Shown here in pieces: positions 16,810-20,000 of a DNA stretch of 20,000 nt. The stretch is taken from the NCBI RefSeq assembly GCF_002087085.1, contig NZ_MWQY01000007.1, forward strand, positions 183,165-203,164. Reading direction: 5' to 3'. Each line of letters starts with the position of its first letter. The stretch's first letter is position 1. The notes beneath the pieces were generated by a model that saw nothing but the letters and a program-made list of their open reading frames with translations, made no database searches and was not told the DNA's origin. The translations under genes and the position numbers were made by a program.

Positions 16810-17669
16810 TGAACAATCTGAGAGAAATATTTAATATCGGCGGCGCCTTCGAAGCCGTCATCAACTGGCTCACGGAAAATATGGACGGGGTCTTCGATGC
16901 AATTTCCCTGGTTATCCGGACTGTACTCAGCGGACTGAATACCCTTCTTACCTTTCCGCATCCGCTGGTCATGATCGCCATCTTCGGAGCTCTTGCCTGG
17001 TGGATGGCCAAGCGCTGGGTTGGAATATTCACGATAATCGGGTTTCTACTGATCTATATCATGGGACTCTGGAGCGCCACCATGGACACTCTTGGGCTGG
17101 TTATTACCGCGGTAATAATATCCATGGCCATCGGTATCCCCCTGGGAATCTGGGCCAGCAAGAACGATATGGTAGAGCGGGTAACACGGCCCATCCTTGA
17201 CTTCATGCAGACCCTGCCGGCCTTTGTCTACCTGATCCCGGCGGTACTCTTTTTCCGCCTGGGTCCCGTTCCGGGAATCGTGGCCACACTGATTTTCTCC
17301 CTGCCCCCGGCAGTGCGGTTGACAAACCTTGGAATCCGGCAGGTTCCCACAGAGATAAAAGAGGCCTGTCGTTCCTTCGGAGCCACATCATCACAGATGC
17401 TCTTTAAAGCCGAACTGCCCGTGGCACTGCCCACAATCATGGCCGGGGTCAATCAGACCATCATGCTGGCCCTCTCCATGGTCGTAATCTCCGGTATGAT
17501 CGGAGCCGGCGGACTTGGAAACGAGGTACTGAAGGGAATCACCCAGCTGAAGATTGACCTGGGATTCGAAAGCGGTATTTCCATCGTTATTCTGGCAATC
17601 TTTCTCGACCGGGTAACCCAGGCCCTGGGAGAATCCACCCAGAAAAAACAGGGACCCCCGAGCAAATAA
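16809..17669 (+). CDS. proW: Glycine betaine ABC transporter permease (OpuAB/ProW)
   Basis: PILDFMQTLPAFVYLIP, RLTNLGIRQVP, EAA-like loop, GVNQTIMLALSMVVI; TAATG overlap. Confidence 0.95.
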   Translation: MNNLREIFNIGGAFEAVINWLTENMDGVFDAISLVIRTVLSGLNTLLTFPHPLVMIAIFGALAWWMAKRWVGIFTIIGFLLIYIMGLWSATMDTLGLVITAVIISMAIGIPLGIWASKNDMVERVTRPILDFMQTLPAFVYLIPAVLFFRLGPVPGIVATLIFSLPPAVRLTNLGIRQVPTEIKEACRSFGATSSQMLFKAELPVALPTIMAGVNQTIMLALSMVVISGMIGAGGLGNEVLKGITQLKIDLGFESGISIVILAIFLDRVTQALGESTQKKQGPPSK

Positions 17670-17748
17670 CAGGATGTTACTCCGGCGGTTTCGGCACCAC
17701 CGCGACCACCGGGGATATTATTGATTACAACTCTACAGGAGGAGTTTT

Positions 17749-18636
17749 ATGCAACGTATTTTTACTGTACTCATGATGCTTATGCTTGCCGCGACTTTTA
17801 CCTTTGCCAACGGTGAAGGCGAGACTGCCGGCGCACAGAAGACCGCCGACCTGGTTTATGTTAACTGGGAAGAGGGCGTAGCCTACACACACCTTGCCCA
17901 GGCAGTTCTTGAAGACAAGATGGGATACGAGGTAACGATCACCGCTGCCGACGTAGCCCCCGGTTATGCGGCCATCGCCCAGGGCGACAAAGACGCTTTT
18001 ATGGAAACCTGGCTGCCGGTTCTGCACAAATCCTACATCGAGAAGTACTCCAATCAGATAGTTGATCTGGGACACGTGTTTGAAGGCACCGAGAGCGGTC
18101 TGGTAATACCCAAGTATATGGCTGACGCCGGAATATCCAGCATCTCTGATCTTCTGAAACCGGAAGCACAGGAAAAGCTGGACAAGACCATTACCGGTAT
18201 CGATGCCGGCGCCGGTGTAATGATTACCACGGAAGAAGAGGTAATGCCCGCCTACGGTCTCACCGACGCCGGTTACAAACTGCTGCCCTCTTCCGGACCT
18301 GCGATGATGGCATCCCTCAAGGACGCAATCGCCAACAAGGAATGGATTGTCGTTACCGGGTGGAAGCCCCACTCCATGTTCGGCTACTGGGACCTTGCCT
18401 TCCTGGAGCAGGACAAAGACCAGGTCTGGGGTGTGGGAAATATCCATATTTTCGGCCGCAAGAACATAGCCGAGGACAAGCCTGAGCTGGCCCAGTTCCT
18501 CGGTAATATGTCCATGACCAACAGCGAACTTGGTTCTCTTATGGTCTACATCAATGAATCAAACCTGGACACCCTCGAGGCTGCCCGGGCATGGATGAAC
18601 GAGAACGAGGACGTAGTTGCCGACTGGATTCCGTAA
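17749..18636 (+). CDS. proX: Glycine betaine ABC transporter substrate-binding protein (OpuAC/ProX)
   Basis: Signal peptide without lipobox; Trp-cage motifs YVNWEEG, ETWLP, TGWKPH; GIDAGAG; AGGAGG RBS. Confidence 0.92.
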   Translation: MQRIFTVLMMLMLAATFTFANGEGETAGAQKTADLVYVNWEEGVAYTHLAQAVLEDKMGYEVTITAADVAPGYAAIAQGDKDAFMETWLPVLHKSYIEKYSNQIVDLGHVFEGTESGLVIPKYMADAGISSISDLLKPEAQEKLDKTITGIDAGAGVMITTEEEVMPAYGLTDAGYKLLPSSGPAMMASLKDAIANKEWIVVTGWKPHSMFGYWDLAFLEQDKDQVWGVGNIHIFGRKNIAEDKPELAQFLGNMSMTNSELGSLMVYINESNLDTLEAARAWMNENEDVVADWIP

Positions 18637-18656
18637 CATACTGATTCATCAGTAAT

Positions 18657-18689
18657 AAAAAGGGGCTGCAAACCGGCAGCCCTTTTTTT
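18657..18689. terminator. Bidirectional intrinsic terminator
   Basis: AAAAAGGGGCTGC-AAACCG-GCAGCCCTTTTTTT between convergent genes. Confidence 0.88.
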
Positions 18690-18719
18690 ATACCCTTACA
18701 TGAACTTCAACAAAAGCTC

Positions 18720-19481
18720 TCAGAGTGCAAATCCAAGAGAGATAGTGTATATCGTACTGTCGTTTTCCACCATTGGCTGTATAATGCCGCTAAGAGAAAG
18801 GCCGCTCCAGACGATATCAAAGCCATAACCCAGCATAGTAAAATCAAAATCATACTCTATATCATCATGGACAGATTCACCCCACAGCTTTTTCATGGTA
18901 AAAAAGGGGGAAATCAAGGCGCTTCCTGCGGGGATATGGGCCTGGACTCCACCGAGAGGGCCTGCAAATCTGCTGTAGTAGGATGACTCTCCATCACTGA
19001 AATCCTGGGTAAAAAACTGAAATCCCCCGTCCATCCCGAAAAAAGAGGTAAGCATAAAGCCCTTCCGCACTTCTTTTGAAGAACGATAGAGAACCAGTTC
19101 TGCGCTGGGAACAATGTTGAATCCCGAAACAGTCATGTCCACATCAGCTCCGTTATCAGCACCCTTGTCTGTTCCGAAGAGATAGAACCCGCCGTACTGC
19201 AGTGAGAAGGAGCCCCAGGAACCGCCGAGTATCCTGGAGTTTGCATAAACGGAACCTCCCTGGACCTCTGATACCTCCAGATCGTAGTACTGGTATGCCA
19301 CATCTACCCTGTGCCGTTTCGGACTCTCGGTACCGTAATATCCCGTGTAGCCCAGGGGCGGCGGAGCGATACTGAAACCTCCACCGGAATACGAAATACT
19401 CTCTCCATAAACGAAAAAAGAAGAGACTAAAACACTCAATAGAGAATACAAAAAGATTTTACTACATCCCGGTCCACTCAA
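18720..19481 (-). CDS. Hypothetical exported protein, probable outer-membrane beta-barrel
   Basis: GGAGGG RBS 8 nt before an in-frame TTG at 19481; signal-peptide-like KIFLYSLLSVLVSSFFVYG; Gly/aromatic-rich alternating strands; ends YTISLGFAL. Confidence 0.6.
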   Translation of the reverse strand: MSGPGCSKIFLYSLLSVLVSSFFVYGESISYSGGGFSIAPPPLGYTGYYGTESPKRHRVDVAYQYYDLEVSEVQGGSVYANSRILGGSWGSFSLQYGGFYLFGTDKGADNGADVDMTVSGFNIVPSAELVLYRSSKEVRKGFMLTSFFGMDGGFQFFTQDFSDGESSYYSRFAGPLGGVQAHIPAGSALISPFFTMKKLWGESVHDDIEYDFDFTMLGYGFDIVWSGLSLSGIIQPMVENDSTIYTISLGFAL

Positions 19482-19687
19482 AATCACTACCCTCCATATG
19501 ATATATAAAAATACCATTCCGGATATCCTTAAAATACATCGGAATGGTATCTGTGATATTATTGAAGGCCCCAATGACGTATGTCAATTTCTTTTTTAGT
19601 GTCCCGAACCGTGGGGATGATCTGAAGCAAACTCCTTGTTCTGCTGGTATTTACCGGTAGAAACATTTATAAAAAGGAGTTGTCACC

Positions 19688-20000
19688 ATGTTCCATCCCC
19701 CCTTCTGTCCAAATAGTGAGTGCAGACACCACCATCTGCCCCCGAGATCTCCAGCCTGGTACGTGAGAAACGGCAGCTATCACTCCCGCCTTTCCGGCAG
19801 AATCCAGCGCTTCCAGTGCCTTCACTGCGGCACGGGCTTCTCCTCCCAGACCTTCAGCCTCGATATTTTTGTTAAGAAAAAGCTTCCCTACCGGCAGATC
19901 TTCTCCCACCTCATTACCTCCTCGGGAATCAGGGATATTGCCCGCCTTCTGAAGGTCTCACCCAATACCATCACCAACCGTATCGGCCGTATGGCAAGAC
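19688..20000 (+). mobile_element. IS1-like transposase, N-terminal zinc ribbon + HTH (3'-truncated by window edge)
   Basis: My translation: MFHPPFCPNSEC...RNGSY...IQRFQCLHCGTGFS...GIRDIARLLKVSPNTITNRIGRMAR; CPxxxC/QRFxCxxC ribbon followed by HTH is the InsA/IS1-family architecture; AAGGAG RBS at 19674-19679. Confidence 0.72.

Noticed and set aside
114..18447. Other short or antisense ORFs (e.g. 553-1107, 2560-3372, 5654-6349, 12048-12680, 16105-16683, 17725-18447)
   Set aside because: All overlap confidently assigned genes and lack motifs or translation signals.
19482..19574. Longer N-terminus for the orphan minus-strand gene
   Set aside because: Covers the hairpin and promoter region; RBS spacing and signal peptide favour TTG 19481.
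19667..19909. 80-aa minus-strand ORF
   Set aside because: Antisense shadow of the zinc-ribbon/HTH transposase-like frame.
1..20000. CRISPR array, tRNA/rRNA, or tandem repeat array
   Set aside because: No regularly spaced repeats or RNA-gene signatures found by eye; intergenic gaps are short and otherwise explained.

Overview
Gene-dense, moderately GC-rich bacterial window, probably from a free-living spirochete (Spirochaetales-like; inferred from the 'FANG.E'-type signal peptide of the binding protein and the gene repertoire, not certain). Left to right: 3' part of a CitA/DpiB-family sensor kinase; a TetR-headed operon encoding an MMPL/RND transporter, a LolA-like periplasmic protein and a probable outer-membrane beta-barrel; thrH; a tandem pair of DUF4230-like envelope proteins; then four minus-strand genes (CosR/EctR-like MarR regulator, a cyclic-nucleotide-binding-domain/nucleoside-phosphorylase-fold fusion, a double-receiver response regulator, a soluble PAS-HK-REC-REC-Hpt hybrid kinase) divergent from an OpuA/ProU glycine-betaine ABC transporter; an orphan exported beta-barrel-like gene; and the 5' end of an IS1-like transposase not listed in the ORF track. 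The most novel-looking element is the CNBD + AMP-nucleosidase-like fusion (12677-14719), which starts 1 nt after the osmoregulator's stop codon. No CRISPR array, rRNA or tRNA was seen.
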